NCBI RefSeq assembly: GCF_009914755.1
Contig: NC_060945.1
Direction: 5' to 3' (one strand)
Length of the DNA stretch: 64,000 nucleotides
Source of the DNA: the human T2T-CHM13v2.0 reference genome, Homo sapiens
Positions within the stretch are counted from its first letter, which is position 1, and each line of letters starts with the position of its first letter. The notes under the pieces were generated by a model. It did not search any database. It was not told the DNA's origin and was given only the letters and a program-made list of their open reading frames with translations. This document shows, piece by piece, positions 1-17,308 of the stretch. Made by a program: the position numbers and the translations under genes.

Positions 1-1586
1 ACATAAAACATCAAAGTACACCAGATATATATTCTATAGTGTACATAAAATATCAAAGTAACCAAACTATACATTATATACTGTACAGAAAATATGAAAT
101 TACATCAAATATATATTATATTAGGTACATAAAATATGAAAGTACATCAAATATAGATTCTATACTGTACATAAAATATCAAAGTACCCCAAATATATAT
201 TATATACTCTACATGAAATATCAAAGTTCACAAACTATATATTATATACTGTACATAAAATATCAAAGTACCCAAGGTATATATTCTATACTGTACAAAA
301 AATATCAAAGTATCCAAAGCATGTATTATATACTGTATATAAAATATGAAAGTACATTAAATATATATTTTATTCTGTACATAAAATATCAAAGTACACC
401 AGATATATATTCTATAGTGTACATAAAATATCAAAGTACGCAAACTATACATTATATACTGTACATAAAATATGAAATTACATCAAATATATATTAGGTA
501 CATAAAATATGAAAGTGCATCAAATATAGATTATATACTGTACATAAAATATCAAAGTACCCCAAATATATATTATATACTCTACATGAAATATCAAAGT
601 TCACAAACTATATATTATAAACTATACATAAAATATCAAGGTACCCAAGGTATATATTCTATACTGTACAAAAAATATCAAAGTACCCAAAGCATGTATT
701 ATATACTGTACATAAAATATGAAAGTACATCAAATATATATTTTACTCTGTACATAAAATATCAAAGTACACCAGATATATATTCTATAGTGTACATAAA
801 ATAACAAAGTACACAAACTATAAATTATATACTGTACATAAAATATGAAATTACATCAAATATATATTAGGTACATAAAATATGAAAGTACATCAAATAT
901 AGATTATATACTGTACATAAAATATCAATGTACCCCAAATATATATTTTATACTCTACATGAAATATCAAAGTTCACAAACCATATATTATATACTGTAC
1001 ATAAAATATCAAAGTACCCAAGGTATGTATTCTATACTATACAAAAAATATCAAAGTACCCAAAGCATGTATTATATACTGTACATAAAATATGAAAGTA
1101 CATCAAATATATATTTTATTCTGTACACAAAATATCAAAGTACACCAGATATATATTTTATAGTGTACATAAAATATCAAAGTACCCAAACTATACATTA
1201 TACACTGTACATAAAATATGAGATTACATCAAATATATATTATATTAGGTACATAAAATATGAAAGTACATCTGATATAGATTATATACTGTACATAAAA
1301 TATCAAAGTACCCCAAATATATATTATATACTCTACATGAAATATCAAAGTTCACAAACTATATATTATATACAGTACATAAAATATCAAAGTACCCAAG
1401 GTATATATTCTATACTGTACAAAAAATATCAAAGTACCCAAAGCATGTATTATATACTGTATATAAAATATGAAAATACATTAAATATATATTTTATTCT
1501 GTACATGAAATATAAAGGTACACCAGATATATATTCTATAGTGTACATAAAATAACAAAGTACACAAACTATAAATTATATACTGT

Positions 1587-3451
1587 ACGTAAAATATGAA
1601 ATTACATCAAATATATATTAGGTACATAAAATATGAAAGTACATCAAATATAGATTATATACTGTACATATAATATCAATGTACCCCAAATATATATTTT
1701 ATACTCTACATGAAATATCAAAGTTCACAAACCATACATTATATACTGTACATAAAAAATCAAAGTACCCAAGGTATATATTCTATAGTGTACAAAAAAT
1801 ATCAAAGTACCCAAAGCATGTATTATATACTGTACATAAAATATGAAAGTACATCAAATATATATTTTATTCTGTACATAAAATATCAAAGTCCACCAGA
1901 TATATATTCTATAGTGTACATAAAATATCAAAGTACCCAAACTATACATTATATACTGTACATAAAATATGAAATTACATCAAATATATATTAGGTACAT
2001 AAAATATGAAAGTACATCAAATATAGATTATATACTGTACATAAAATATCAAAGTACCCCAAATATATATTATATACTCTACATGAAATATCAAAGTTCA
2101 CAAACTATATATTATATACTGTACATAAAATATCAAAGTACCCAAGGTATATACTCTATACTGTAAAAAAAATATCAAAGTACCCAAAGCATGTATTATA
2201 TACTGTACATAAAATATGAAAGTACATCAAATATATATTTTATTCTGTACATAAAATATCAAAGTACACCAGATATATATTCTATAGTGAACATAAAATA
2301 ACAAAGTACACAAACGATAAATTATATACTGTACATAAAATATGACATTACATCAAATATATATTAGGTACATAAAATATGAAAGTACATCAAATATAGA
2401 TTATATAATGTACATAAAATATCAATGTACCCCAAATATATATTTTATACTCTACATGAAATATCAAAGTTCACAAACTATATATTATATACTGTACATA
2501 AAATATCAAAGTACCCAAGGTATATATTCTATACTGTACAAAAGATATCAAAGTACCCAAAGCATGTATTAGATACTGTACATAAAATATGAAAGTACAT
2601 CAAATATATATTTTATTCTGTACATAAAATATCAAAGTACACCAGATATATATTCTACAGTGTACATAAAATATCAAACTACCCAAACTATTTATTATAT
2701 ACTGGACATAAAATATGAAATTACATCAAATATATATTAGGTACATAAAATATGAAAGTACATCAAATATAGATTATATACTGTACATAAAATATCAATG
2801 TACCCCAAATATATATTTTATACTCTACATGAAATATCAAAGTTCACAAACCATATATTATATACTGTACATAAAATATCAAAGTACCCAAGGTATATAT
2901 TCTATACTGTACAAAAAATATCAAAGTACCAAAAGCATGTATTATATACTGTACCTAAAATATGACAGTACATCAAATATATATTTTACTCTGTACATAA
3001 AATATCAAAGTACTCCAGATATATATTCTATAGTGTACATAAAATATCAAAGTACCCAAACTATACATTATATACTGTACATAAAATATGAAATTACATC
3101 AAATATATATTAGGTACATAAAATATGAAAGTACATCAAATATAGATTATATACTGTACATAAAATATCAATGTACCCCAAATATATATTTTATACTCTA
3201 CATGAAATATCAAAGTTCACAAACCATATATTGTATACTGTACATAAAATATCAAAGTACCCAAGGTATGTATTCTATACTGTACAAAAAATATCAAAGT
3301 ACCCAAAGCATGTATTATATACTGTACATAAAATATGAAAGTACATCAAATATATATTTTATTCTGTACATAAAATATCAAGGTACACCAGATATATATT
3401 CTATAGTGTACATAAAATAGCAAAGTACACAAACTATAAATTTTATACTGT
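1587..3451 (+). repeat. Run of five 373-bp units (5-bp deletion in m1)
   Basis: m1 reads ATATATATTAGG instead of ATATATATTATATTAGG. m1 ATGs at 1596, 1969, 2342, 2715, 3088 and 3461 are each 373 bp apart. Confidence 0.9.
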
Positions 3452-3951
3452 ACATAAAATATGAAATTACATCAAATATATATTAGGTACATAAAATTTG
3501 AAAGTACATCAAATATAGATTATATACTGTACAGAAAATATCAATGTACCCCAAATATATATTTTATACTCTACATGAAATATCAAAGTTCACAAACCAT
3601 ATATTATATACTGTACATAAAATATCAAAGTACCCAAAGTATATATTCTATACTGTACAAAAAATATCAAAGTACCCAAAGCATGTATTATATACTGTAC
3701 ATAAAATATGAAACTTCGTCAAATATATATTTTATTCTGTACAAAAAATATCAAAGTACACCAGACATATTTTCTATAGTGTACATAAAATATCAAAGTA
3801 CCCAAAGCATGTATTATATACTGTACATAAAATATGAAAGTACATCAAATATATATTCTATTCTGTGCATAAAATATCAAAGTACACCAGATATATATTC
3901 TATAGTGTACATAAAATATCAAAAGTACCCAAACTATACATTATATACTGT
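3452..3951 (+). repeat. Irregular 500-bp 12-mer unit (extra m6-m7-m8 plus 1-bp insertion), copy 1 of 3
   Basis: m1 ATG at 3461, next at 3961. Markers AAACTTC, CCAGACATATTTTC and ATATCAAAAGTACCC. Confidence 0.88.
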
Positions 3952-5833
3952 ACATAAAATATGAAATTACTTCAAATATATATTATATTAGGTACATAAA
4001 ATATGAAAGTACATCAAATATAGATTATATACTGTACATTAAATACCAAAGTACCCCAAATATATATTTTATACTGTACATGAAATATCAAAGTTCACAC
4101 ACTATATATTATATACTGTACATAAAATATCAAAGTACCCAAGCTATATATTCTATACTGTACAAAAAATATCAAAGTACCCAAAGCATGTATTATATAC
4201 TGTACATAAAATATGAAAGTACATCAAATATATATTATACTCTGTACATAAAATATCAAAGTACACCAGATATATATTCTATAGTGTACATAAAATATCA
4301 AAGTACCCAAACTATACATTATATACTGTACTTAAAATATGAGATTACATCAAATATATATTATATTAGCTACATAAAATATGAAAGTACATCAGATATA
4401 GATTATATACTGTACATAAAATATCAAAGTACCCCAAATATATATTATATACTCTACATGAAATATCAAAGTTCACAAACTACATATTATATACTGTACA
4501 TAAAATATCAAAGTACCCAAGGTATATATTCTATACTGTACAAAAAATATCAAAGTACCCAAAGCATGTATTATATACTGTATACAAAATATGAAAATAC
4601 ATTAAATATATATTTTATTCTGTACATAAAATATCAAAGTACACCAGATATGTATTCTATAGTGTACATAAAATAACAAAGTACACAAACTATAAATTAT
4701 ATACTGTACATAAAATATGAAATTACATCAAATATATATTAGGTACATAAAATATGAAAGTACATCAAATATAGATTATATACTGTACATATAATATCAA
4801 AGTACCCCAAATATATATTTTATACTCTACATGAAATATCAAAGTTCACAAACCATACATTATATACTGTACATAAAATATCAAAGTACCCAAGGTATAT
4901 ATTCTATACTGTACAAAAAATATCAAAGTACCCAAAGCATGTATTATATACTGTACATAAAATATGAAAGTACATCAAATATATATTTTATTCTGTACAT
5001 AAAATATCAAAGTACACCAGATATATATTCTATAGTGTACATAAAATATCAAAGTACCCAAACTATACATTATATACTGTACATATAATATGAAATTACA
5101 TCAAATATATATTATATTAGGTACATAAAATATGAAAGCACATCAAATATAGATTATATACTGTACATTAAATACCAAAGTACCCCAAATATATATTTTA
5201 TACTGTACATCAAATATCAAAGTTCACAAACTATATATTATATACTGTACATAAAATATCAAAGTACCCAAGGTATATATTCTATACTGTACAAAAAATA
5301 TCAAAGTACCCAAAGCATGTATTATATACTGTACATAAAATATGAAAGTACATCAAATATATATTTTATTCTGTACATAAAACATCAAAGTACACCAGAT
5401 ATATATTCTATAGTGTACATAAAATATCAAAGTACCCAAACTATACATTATACACTGTACATAAAATATGAGATTACATCAAATATATATTATATTAGGT
5501 ACATAAAATATGAAAGTACATTTGATATAGATTATATACTGTACATAAAATATCAAAGTACCCCAAATATATATTATATACTCTACATGAAATATCAAAG
5601 TTCACAAACTATATATTATATACTGTACATAAAATAAAGTACCCAAGGTATATATTCTATACTGTACAAAAAATATCAAAGTACACAAAGCATGTATTAT
5701 ATACTGTACATAAAATATGAAAGTACATCAAATATATATTTTATTCTGTACATAAAATATCAAAGTACACCAGATATATATTCTATAGTGTACATAAAAT
5801 AACAAAGTACACAAACCATAAATTATATACTGA

Positions 5834-8458
5834 ACATAAAATATGACATTACATCAAATATATATTAGGTACATAAAATATGAAAGTACATCAAATATAG
5901 ATTATATACTGTACATAAAATATCAATGTACCCCAAATATATATTTTATACTCTACATGAAATATCAAAGTTCACAAACTATATATTATATACTGTACAT
6001 AAAATATCAAAGTACCCAAGGTATATATTCTATACTGTACAAAAGATATCAAAGTACCCAAAGCACGTATTATATACTGTACAAAAAATATGAAAGTACA
6101 TCAAATATATATTTTATTCTGTACATAAAATATCAAAGTACACCAGATATATATTCTATAGTGTACATAAAATATCAAACTACCCAAACTATTTATTATA
6201 TACTGTACATAAAATTTGAAATTACATCAAATATATATTATATTAGGTACATAAAATATGAAAGTACATCAAATATAGATTATATACTGTACACTAAAAA
6301 CCAAAGTACCCCAAATATATATTTTATACTGTACATGAAATATCAAAGTTCACAAACTATATGTTATATACTGTACATAAAATATCAAAGTACCCAAGGT
6401 ATGTATTCTATACTGTACAAAAAATATCAAAGTACCCAAAGCATGTATTATATACTGTACATAAAATATGAAAGTACATCAAATATATATTTTATTCTGT
6501 ACATAAAATATCAAGGTACACCAGATATATATTCTATAGTGTACATAAAATAGCAAAGTACACAAACTATAAATTATATACTGTACATAAAATATGAAAT
6601 TACATCAAATATATATTAGGTACATAAAATATGAAAGTACATCAAATATAGATTATATACTGTACATAAAATATCAATGTACCCCAAATATATATTTTAT
6701 ACTCTACATGAAATATCAAAGTTCACAAACCATATATTGTATACTGTACATAAAATATCAAAGTACCCAAGGTATGTATTCTATACTGTACAAAAAATAT
6801 CAAAGTACCCAAAGCATGTATTATATACTGTACATAAAATATGAAAGTACATCAAATATATATTTTATTCTGTACATAAAACATCAAAGTACACCAGATA
6901 TATATTCTATAGTGTACATAAAATATCAAAGTACCCAAACTATACATTATATACTGTACATAAAATATGAAATTACATCAAATATATATTATATTAGGTA
7001 CATAAAATATGAAAGTACATCAAATATAGATTATATACTGTACATAAAATACCAAAGTACCCCAAATATATATTATATACTCTACATGAAATATCAAATT
7101 TCACAAACTATATATTATATACTGTACATAAAATATCAAAGTACCCAAGGTATATATTCTATACTGTACAAAAAATATCAAAGTATCCAAACATGTATTA
7201 TATACTGTATATAAAATATGAAAGTACATTAAATATATATTTTATTCTGTACATAAAATATCAAAGTACACCAGATATATATTCTATAGTGTACATAAAA
7301 TAACAAAGTACACAAACTATAAATTATATACTGTACATAAAATATGAAATTTCATCAAATATATATTAGGTACATAAAATATGACAGTACATCAAATATA
7401 GATTATATACTGTACATAAAATATCAATGTACCCCAAATATATATTTTATACTCTACATGAAATATCAAAGTTCACAAACCATATATTATATACTGTACA
7501 TAAAATATCAAAGTACCCAAGGTATATATTCTATACTATACAAAAAATATCAAAGTACCCAAAGCATGTATTATATACTGTACATAAAATATGAAAGTAC
7601 ATCAAATATATATTTTATTCTGTACACAAAATATCAAAGTACACCACATATATATTCTATAGTGTACATAAAATATCAAAGTACCCAAACTATACATTAT
7701 ACACTGTACATAAAATATGAGATTACATCAAATATATATTATATTAGGTACATAAAATATGAAAGTACATCTGATATAGATTATATACTGTACATAAAAT
7801 ATCAAAGTACCCCAAATATATATTATATACTCTACATGAAATATCAAAGTTCACAAACTATATATTATATACTGTACATAAAATATCAAAGTACCCAAGG
7901 TATATATTCTATACTGTACAAAAAATATCAAAGTACCCAAAGCATGTATTATATGCTGTACATAAAATATGAAAGTACATCAAATATATATTTTATTCTG
8001 TACATAAAATATCAAAGTACACCAGATATATATTCTATAGTGTACATAAAATAACAAAGTACACAAACTATAAATTATATACTGTACATAAAATATGACA
8101 TTACATCAAATATATATTAGGTACATAAAATATGAAAGCACATCAAATATAGATTATATACTGTACATTAAATACCAAAGTAACACAAATATATATTTTA
8201 TACTGTACATCAAATATCAAAGTTCACAAGCTATATATTATATACTGTACATAAAATATCAAAGTACCCAAGGTATATATTCTATACTGTACAAAAAATA
8301 TCAAAGTACCCAAAGCATGTATTATATACTGTACATAAAATATGAAAGTACATCAAATATATATTTTATTCTGTACATAAAATATCAAAGTACACCAGAT
8401 ATATATTCTATAGTGTACATATAATAACAAAGTACACAAACTATAAATTATATACTGT
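5834..8458 (+). repeat. 751-bp (373+378) 18-mer dimer region
   Basis: Deleted-type m1 starts at 5843, 6594, 7344 and 8095 (751, 750, 751 bp apart), each separated by a full-length unit. Confidence 0.85.
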
Positions 8459-8958
8459 ACATAAAATATGAAATTACATCAAATATATATTAGGTACATA
8501 AAATATGAAAGTACATCAAATATAGATTATATACTGTACATAAAATATCAAAGTACCCCAAATATATATTTTATACTCTACATGAAATATCAAAGTTCAC
8601 AAACCATATATTATATACTGTACATAAAATATCAAAGTACCCAAGGTATATATTCTATACAGTACAAAAAATATCAAAGTACCCAAAGCATGTATTATAT
8701 ACTGTACATAAAATATGAAACTTCATCAAATATATATTTTATTCTGGACAAAAAATATCAAAGTACACCAGACATATTTTCTATAGTGTACATAAAATAT
8801 CAAAGTACCCAAAGCATGTATTATATACTGTACATAAAATATGAAATTACATCAAATATATATTTTATTCTGTACATAAAATATCAAAGTACACCAGATA
8901 TATATTCTATAGTGTACATAAAATATCAAAAGTACCCAAACTATACATTATATACTGT
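8459..8958 (+). repeat. Irregular 500-bp 12-mer unit, copy 2 of 3
   Basis: m1 ATG at 8468, next unit at 8968. Same private markers and same 167-aa ORF ending QKYPNYTLYTVHKI. Confidence 0.88.
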
Positions 8959-10843
8959 ACATAAAATATGAAATTACATCAAATATATATTATATTAGGT
9001 ACATAAAATATGAAAGTACATCAAATATAGATTATATACTGTACATTAAATACCAAAGTACCCCAAATATATATTTTATACTGTACATGTAATATCAAAG
9101 TTCACACACTATATATTATATACTGTACATAAAATATCAAAGTACCAAAGGTATATATTCTATACTGTACAAAAAACATCAAAGTACCCAAAGCATGTAT
9201 TATATACTGTACATAAAATATGAAAGTACGTCAAATATATATTGTATTCTGTACGTAAAATATCAAAGTACACCAGATATATATTCTATAGTGTATATAA
9301 AATATCAAAGTACCCAAACTATATATTATATACTGTACATAAAATATGAAATTACATCAAATATATATTATATTAGGTACATAAAATATGAAAGTACATC
9401 AAATATAGATTATATACTGTACATAAAATATCAAAGTACCCCAAAGATATATTATATACTCTACATGAAATATCAAAGTTCACAAACTATATATTATATA
9501 CTGTACATAAAATATCAAAGTACCCAAGGTATATATTCTATACTGTACAAAAAATATCAAAGTACCCAAAGCATGTTTTATATACTGTATATAAAATATG
9601 AAAGTACATCAAATATATATTTTATTCTGTACATAAAATATCAAAGTACACCAGATATATATTCTATAGTGTACATAAAATAACAAAGTACACAAACTAT
9701 AAATTATATACTGTACGTAAAATATGAAATTACATCAAATATATATTAGGTACATAAAATATGAAAGTACATCAAAAATAGATTATATACTGTACATATA
9801 ATATCAATGTACCCCAAATATATATTTTATACTCTACATGAAATATCAAAGTTCAGAAACCATATATTATACACTGTACATAAAATATCAAAGTACCCAA
9901 GGTATATATTCTATACTGTACAAAAAATATCAAAGTACCCAAAGCATGTATTATATACTGTACATAAAATATGAAAGCACATCAAATATATATTTTATTC
10001 TGTACATAAAACATCAAAGTACACCAGATATATATTCTATACTGTACAAAAAATATCAAAGTACCCAAAGCATGTATTATATACTGTACATAAAATATGA
10101 AATTACATCAAATATATATTATATTAGGTACATAAAATATGAAAGCACATCAAATATAGATTATATACTGTACATTAAATACCAAAGTAACACAAATATA
10201 TATTTTATACTGTACATCAAATATCAAAGTTCACAAACTATATATTATATACTGTACATAAAATATCAAAGTACCCAAGGTATATATTCTATACTGTACA
10301 AAAAATATCAAAGTACCCAAAGCATGTATTATATACAGTACATAAAATATGAAAGTACATCAAATATATATTTTATTCTGTACATAAAATATCAAAGTAC
10401 ACCAGATATATATTCTATAGTGTACATAAAATATCAAAGTACCCAAACTATACATTATATACTGTACATAAAATATGAGATTACATCAAATATATATAAT
10501 ATTAGCTACATAAAATATGAAAGTACATCAGATATAGATTATATACTGTACATAAAATATCAAAGTACCCCAAATATATATTATATTCTCTACATGAAAT
10601 ATCAAAATTCACAAACTATATATTATATACTGTACATAAAATATCAAAGTACCCATGGTATATATTCTATACTGTACAAAAAATATCAAAGTACCCAAAG
10701 CATGTATTATATACTGTATACAAAATATGAAAATACATTAAATATATATTTTATTCTGTACATAAAATATCAAAGTACACCAGATATGTATTCTATAGTG
10801 TACATAAAATAACAAAGTACACAAACTATAAATTATATACTGT

Positions 10844-11174
10844 ACGTAAAATATGAAATTACATCAAATATATATTAGGTACATAAAATATGAAAGTACA
10901 TCAAATATAGATTATATACTGTACATATAATATCAATGTACCCCAAATATATATTTTATACTCTACATGAAATATCAAAGTTCACAAACCATACATTATA
11001 TACTGTACATAAAATATCAAAGTACCCAAGGTATATATTCTATACTGTACGAAAAATATAAAAGTACCCAAAGCATGTATTATATACTGTACCTAAAATA
11101 TGAAAGTACATCAAATATATATTTTATCCTGTACAAAAAATATCAAAGTACCCAAAGCACGTATTATATACTGT
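10844..11174 (+). repeat. Irregular 331-bp 8-mer unit (m8-m9 replaced by one m6-like monomer)
   Basis: m1 ATG 10853 to 11184 = 373-42. Order is m1-m7, m6', then m1. Confidence 0.82.
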
Positions 11175-13421
11175 ACATAAAATATGAGATTACATCAAAT
11201 ATATATTAGGTACATAAAATATGAAAGTACATCAGATATAGATTATATACTGTACATAAAATATCAAAGTACCCCAAATATATATTATATACTCTACATG
11301 AAATATCAAAGTTCACAAACTATATATTATATAATGTACATAAAATATAAAAGTACCCAAGGTATATATTCTATACTGTACAAAAAATATCAAAGTACCC
11401 AAAGCATGCATTATATACTGTATATAAAATATGAAAATACATTAAATATATATTTTATTCTGTACATAAAATATCAAAGTACACCAGATATATATTCTAT
11501 AGTGTACATAAAATAACAAAGTACACAAACTATAAATTATATACTGTATGTAAAATATGAAATTACATCAAATATATATTAGGTACATAAAATATGAAAG
11601 TACATCAAATATAGATTATATACTGTACATATAATATCAATGTACCCCAAATATATATTTTATACTCTACATGAAATATCAAAGTTCAGAAACCATATAT
11701 TATATACTGTACATAAAATATCAAAGTACCCAAGGTATATATTCTATACTGTACAAAAAATATCAAAGTACCCAAAGCATGTATTATATACTGTACATAA
11801 AATATGAAAGCACATCAAATATATATTTTATTCTGTACATAAAACATCAAAGTACACCAGATATATATTCTATACTGTACAAAAAATATCAAAGTACCCA
11901 AACATGTATTATATACTGTACATAAAATATGAAACTACATCAAATATATATTATATTAGGTACATAAAATATGAAAGCACATCAAATATAGATTATATAC
12001 TGTACATTAAATACCAAAGTAACACAAATATATATTTTATACTGTACATCAAATATCAAAGTTCACAAACTATATATTATATACTGTACATAAAATATCA
12101 AAGTACCCAAGGTATATATTCTATACTGTACAAAAAATATCAAAGTACCCAAAGCATGTATTATATACTGTACATAAAATATGAAAGTACATCAAATATA
12201 TATTTTATTCTGTACATAAAATATCAAAGTACACCAGATATATATTCTATAGTGAACATAAAATAACAAAGTACACAAACGATAAATTATATACTGTACA
12301 TAAAATATGACATTACATCAAATATATATTAGGTACATAAAATATGAAAGTACATCAAATATAGATTATATAATGTACATAAAATATCAATGTACCCCAA
12401 ATATATATTTTATACTCTACATGAAATATCAAAGTTCACAAACTATATATTATATACTGTACATAAAATATCAAAGTACCCAAGGTATATATTCTATACT
12501 GTACAAAAGATATCAAAGTACCCAAAGCATGTATTAGATACTGTACATAAAATATGAAAGTACATCAAATATATATTTTATTCTGTACATAAAATATCAA
12601 AGTACACCAGATATATATTCTACAGTGTACATAAAATATCAAACTACCCAAACTATTTATTATATACTGTACATAAAATATGAAATTACATCAAATATAT
12701 ATTACATTAGTTACATAAAATATGAAAGTACATCAAATATACCTTATATACTGTACATTAAATATCAAAGTACCCCAAATATATATTTTATACTGTACAT
12801 GAAATATCAAAGTTCACAAACTATATGTTATATACTGTACATAAAATATCAAAGTACCCAAGGTATATATTCTATACTGTACAAAAAATATCTAAGTACC
12901 AAAAGCATGTATTATATACTGTACCTAAAATATGACAGTACATCAAATATATATTTTACTCTGTACATAAAATATCAAAGTACTCCAGATATATATTCTA
13001 TAGTGTACATAAAATATCAAAGTACCCAAACTATACATTATATACTGTACATAAAATATGAAATTACATCAAATATATATTAGGTACATAGAATATGAAA
13101 GTACATCAAATATAGATTATATACTGTACATAAAATATCAATGTACCCCAAATATATATTTTATACTCTACATGAAATATCAAAGTTCACAAACCATATA
13201 TTGTATACTGTACATAAAATATCAAAGTACCCAAGGTATGTATTCTATACTGTACAAAAAATATCAAAGTACCCAAAGCATGTATTATATACTGTACATA
13301 AAATATGAAAGTACATCAAATATATATTTTATTCTGTACATAAAATATCAAGGTACACCAGATATATATTCTATAGTGTACATAAAATAGCAAAGTACAC
13401 AAACTATAAATTTTATACTGT

Positions 13422-13921
13422 ACATAAAATATGAAATTACATCAAATATATATTAGGTACATAAAATATGAAAGTACATCAAATATAGATTATATACTGT
13501 ACATAAAATATCAATGTACCCCAAATATATGTTTTATACTCTACATGAAATATCAAAGTTCACAAACCATATATTATATACTGTACATAAAATATCAAAG
13601 TACCCAAGGTATATATTCTATACTGTACAAAAAATATCAAAGTACCCAAAGCATGTATTATATACTGTACATAAAATATGAAACTTCATCAAATATATAT
13701 TTTATTCTGTACAAAAAATATCAAAGTACACCAGACATATTTTCTATAGTGTACATAAAATATCAAAGTACGCAAAGCATGTATTATATACTGTACATAA
13801 AATATGAAAGTACATCAAATATATATTTTATTCTGTACATAAAATATAAAAGTACACCAGATATATATTCTATAGTGTACATAAAATATCAAAAGTACCC
13901 AAACTATACATTATATACTGT
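13422..13921 (+). repeat. Irregular 500-bp 12-mer unit, copy 3 of 3
   Basis: m1 ATG at 13431, next at 13931. Same private markers. Confidence 0.88.
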
Positions 13922-16900
13922 ACATAAAATATGAAATTACATCAAATATATATTATATTAGGTACATAAAATATGAAAGTACATCAAATATAGATTATAT
14001 ACTGTACATTAAATACCAAAGTACCCCAAATATATATTTTATACTGTACATGAAATATCAAAGTTCACACACTATATATTATATACTGTACATAAAATAT
14101 CAAAGTACCCAAGCTATATATTCTATACTGTACAAAAAATATCAAAGTACCCAAAGCATGTATTATATACTGTACATAAAATATGAAAGTACATCAAATA
14201 TATATTATACTCTGTACATAAAATATCAAAGTACACCAGATATATATTCTATAGTGTACATAAAATATCAAAGTACCCAAACTATACATTATATACTGTA
14301 CATAAAATATGAGATTACATCAAATATATATTATATTAGCTACATAAAATATGAAAGTACATCAGATATAGATTATATACTGTACATAAAATATCAAAGT
14401 ACCCCAAATATATATTATATACTCTACATTAAATATCAAAGTTCACAAACTACATATTATATACTGTACATAAAATATCAAAGTACCCAAGGTATATATT
14501 CTATACTGTACAAAAAATATCAAAGTACCCAAAGCATGTATTATATACTGTATACAAAATATGAAAATACATTAAATATATATTTTATTCTGTACATAAA
14601 ATATCAAAGTACACCAGATATGTATTCTATAGTGTACATAAAATAACAAAGTACACAAACTATAAATTATATACTGTACATAAAATATGAAATTACATCA
14701 AATATATATTAGGTACATAAAATATGAAAGTACATCAAATATAGATTATATACTGTACATATAATATCAAAGTACCCCAAATATATATTTTATACTCTAC
14801 ATGAAATATCAAAGTTCACAAACCATACATTATATACTGTACAAAAAATATCAAAGTACCCAAGTTATATATTCTATACTGTACCAAAAATATCAAAGTA
14901 CCCAAAGCATGTATTACATACTGTACATAAAATATGAAAGTACATCAAATATATATTTTATTCTGTACATAAAATATCAAAGTACACCAGATATATATTC
15001 TATAGTGTACATAAAATATCAAAGTACCCAAACTATACATTATATACTGTACATAAAATATGAAATTACATCTAATATATATTAGGTACATAAAATATGA
15101 AAGTATATCAAATATAGATTATATACTGTACATATAATATCAATGAACCCCAAATATATATTTTATACTCTACATGAAATATCAAAATTCACAGTCCATA
15201 TATTATATACTGTACATAAAATATCAAAGTACCCAAGGTATATATTCTATAGTGTACAAAAAATATCAAAGTACCCAAAGCATGTATTATATACTGTACA
15301 TAAAATATGAAAGTACATCAAATATATATTTTATTCTGTACATAAAATATCAAAGTACACCAGATATATATTCTATAGTGTACATAAAATATCAAAGTAC
15401 CCAAACTATACATTATATACTGTACATAAAATATGAAATTACATCAAATATATATTATATTAGGTACATAAAATATGAAAGCACATCAAATATAGATTAT
15501 ATACTGTACATTAAATACCAAAGTACCCCAAATATATATTTTATACTGTACATCAAATATCAAAGTTCACAAACTATATATTATATACTGTACAGAAAAT
15601 ATCAAAGTACCCAAGGTATATATTCTATACTATACAAAAAATATCAAAGTACCCAAAGCATGTATTATATACTGTACCTAAAATATGAAAGTACATCAAA
15701 TATATATTTTATTCTGTACTTAAAATATCAAAGTACTCCAGATATATATCCTATTGTGTACATAAAATATCAAAGTACCCAAACTATACATTATATACTG
15801 TACATAAAATATGAAATTACATCAAATATATTTTATATTAGGTACATAAAATATGAAAGTACATCAAATATAGAAGATATACTGTACTTTAAATACCAAA
15901 GTACCCCAAATATATATTTTATACTATACATGAAATATCAAAGTTCACAAACTATATATTATATACTGTACATATAATATCAAAGTACCCAAGGTATATA
16001 TTCTATACTGTACAAAAAATAACAAAGTACCAAAAGCATGTATAATATACTGTACATAAAATATGAAAGTACATCAAATATATATTTTATTCTGTACATA
16101 AAATATCAAAGTACACCAGATATATATTCTATAGTGTACATAAAATATCAAAGTACACAAACTATACATTATATAGTGTAAATAAAATATGAAATTACAT
16201 CAAATATATTTTATATTAGGTACATAAAATATGAAAGTACATCAAATATAGATTATATACTGTACAGTAAATACCAAAGTACCCCAAATATATATTTTAT
16301 ACTGTACATGAAATATCAAAGTTCACAAACTATATATTATATACTGTACATAAATTATCAAAGTACCCAAGGTATATATTCTATACTGTACAAAAAATAT
16401 CAAAGTACCCAAAGCATGTATTATATACTGTACATAAAATATGATAGTACACCAATTATATATTTTATTCTGTACATAATATATCAAAGTACACCAGATA
16501 TATATTCTATAGTGTACATAAAATAACAAAGTACACAAACTATACATTATATACTGTACATAAAATATGAAATTACATCAAATATATATTAGGTACATAA
16601 AATATGAAAGTACATCAAATATAGATTATATACTGTACATAAAATATCAATGTACCCCAAATATATATTTTATACTATACATGAAATATCAAAGTTCACA
16701 AACCATATATTGTATACTGTACATAAAATATCAAAGTACCCAAGGTATATGTTCTATACTGTACAAAAAATATCAAAGTACCCAAAGCATGTATTATATA
16801 CTGTACATAAAATATGAAAGTACATCAAATATATATTTTATTCCGTACATAAAATATCAAAGTACACCAGATATATATTCTATAGTGTACATAAAATATC

Positions 16901-17308
16901 AAAGTACCCAAACTATACATTATATACTGTACATAAAATATGAAATTACATCAAATATATATTATATTAGGTACATAAAATATGAAAGTACATCAAATAT
17001 AGATTATATACTGTACATAAAATATCAAAGTACCCCAAATATATATTATATACTCTACATGAAATATCAAAGTTCACAAACTATATATTATATACTGTAC
17101 ATAAAATATCAAAGTACCCAAGGTATATATTCTATAATGTACAAAAAATATCAAAGTACCCAAAGCGTGTATTATATACTGTATATAAAATATGAAATTA
17201 CATCAAATATATATTTTATTCTGTACATAAAATATCAAAGTACACCAGATATATATTCTATAGTGTACATAAAATATCAAAGTACCCAAACTATACATTA
17301 TATACTGT

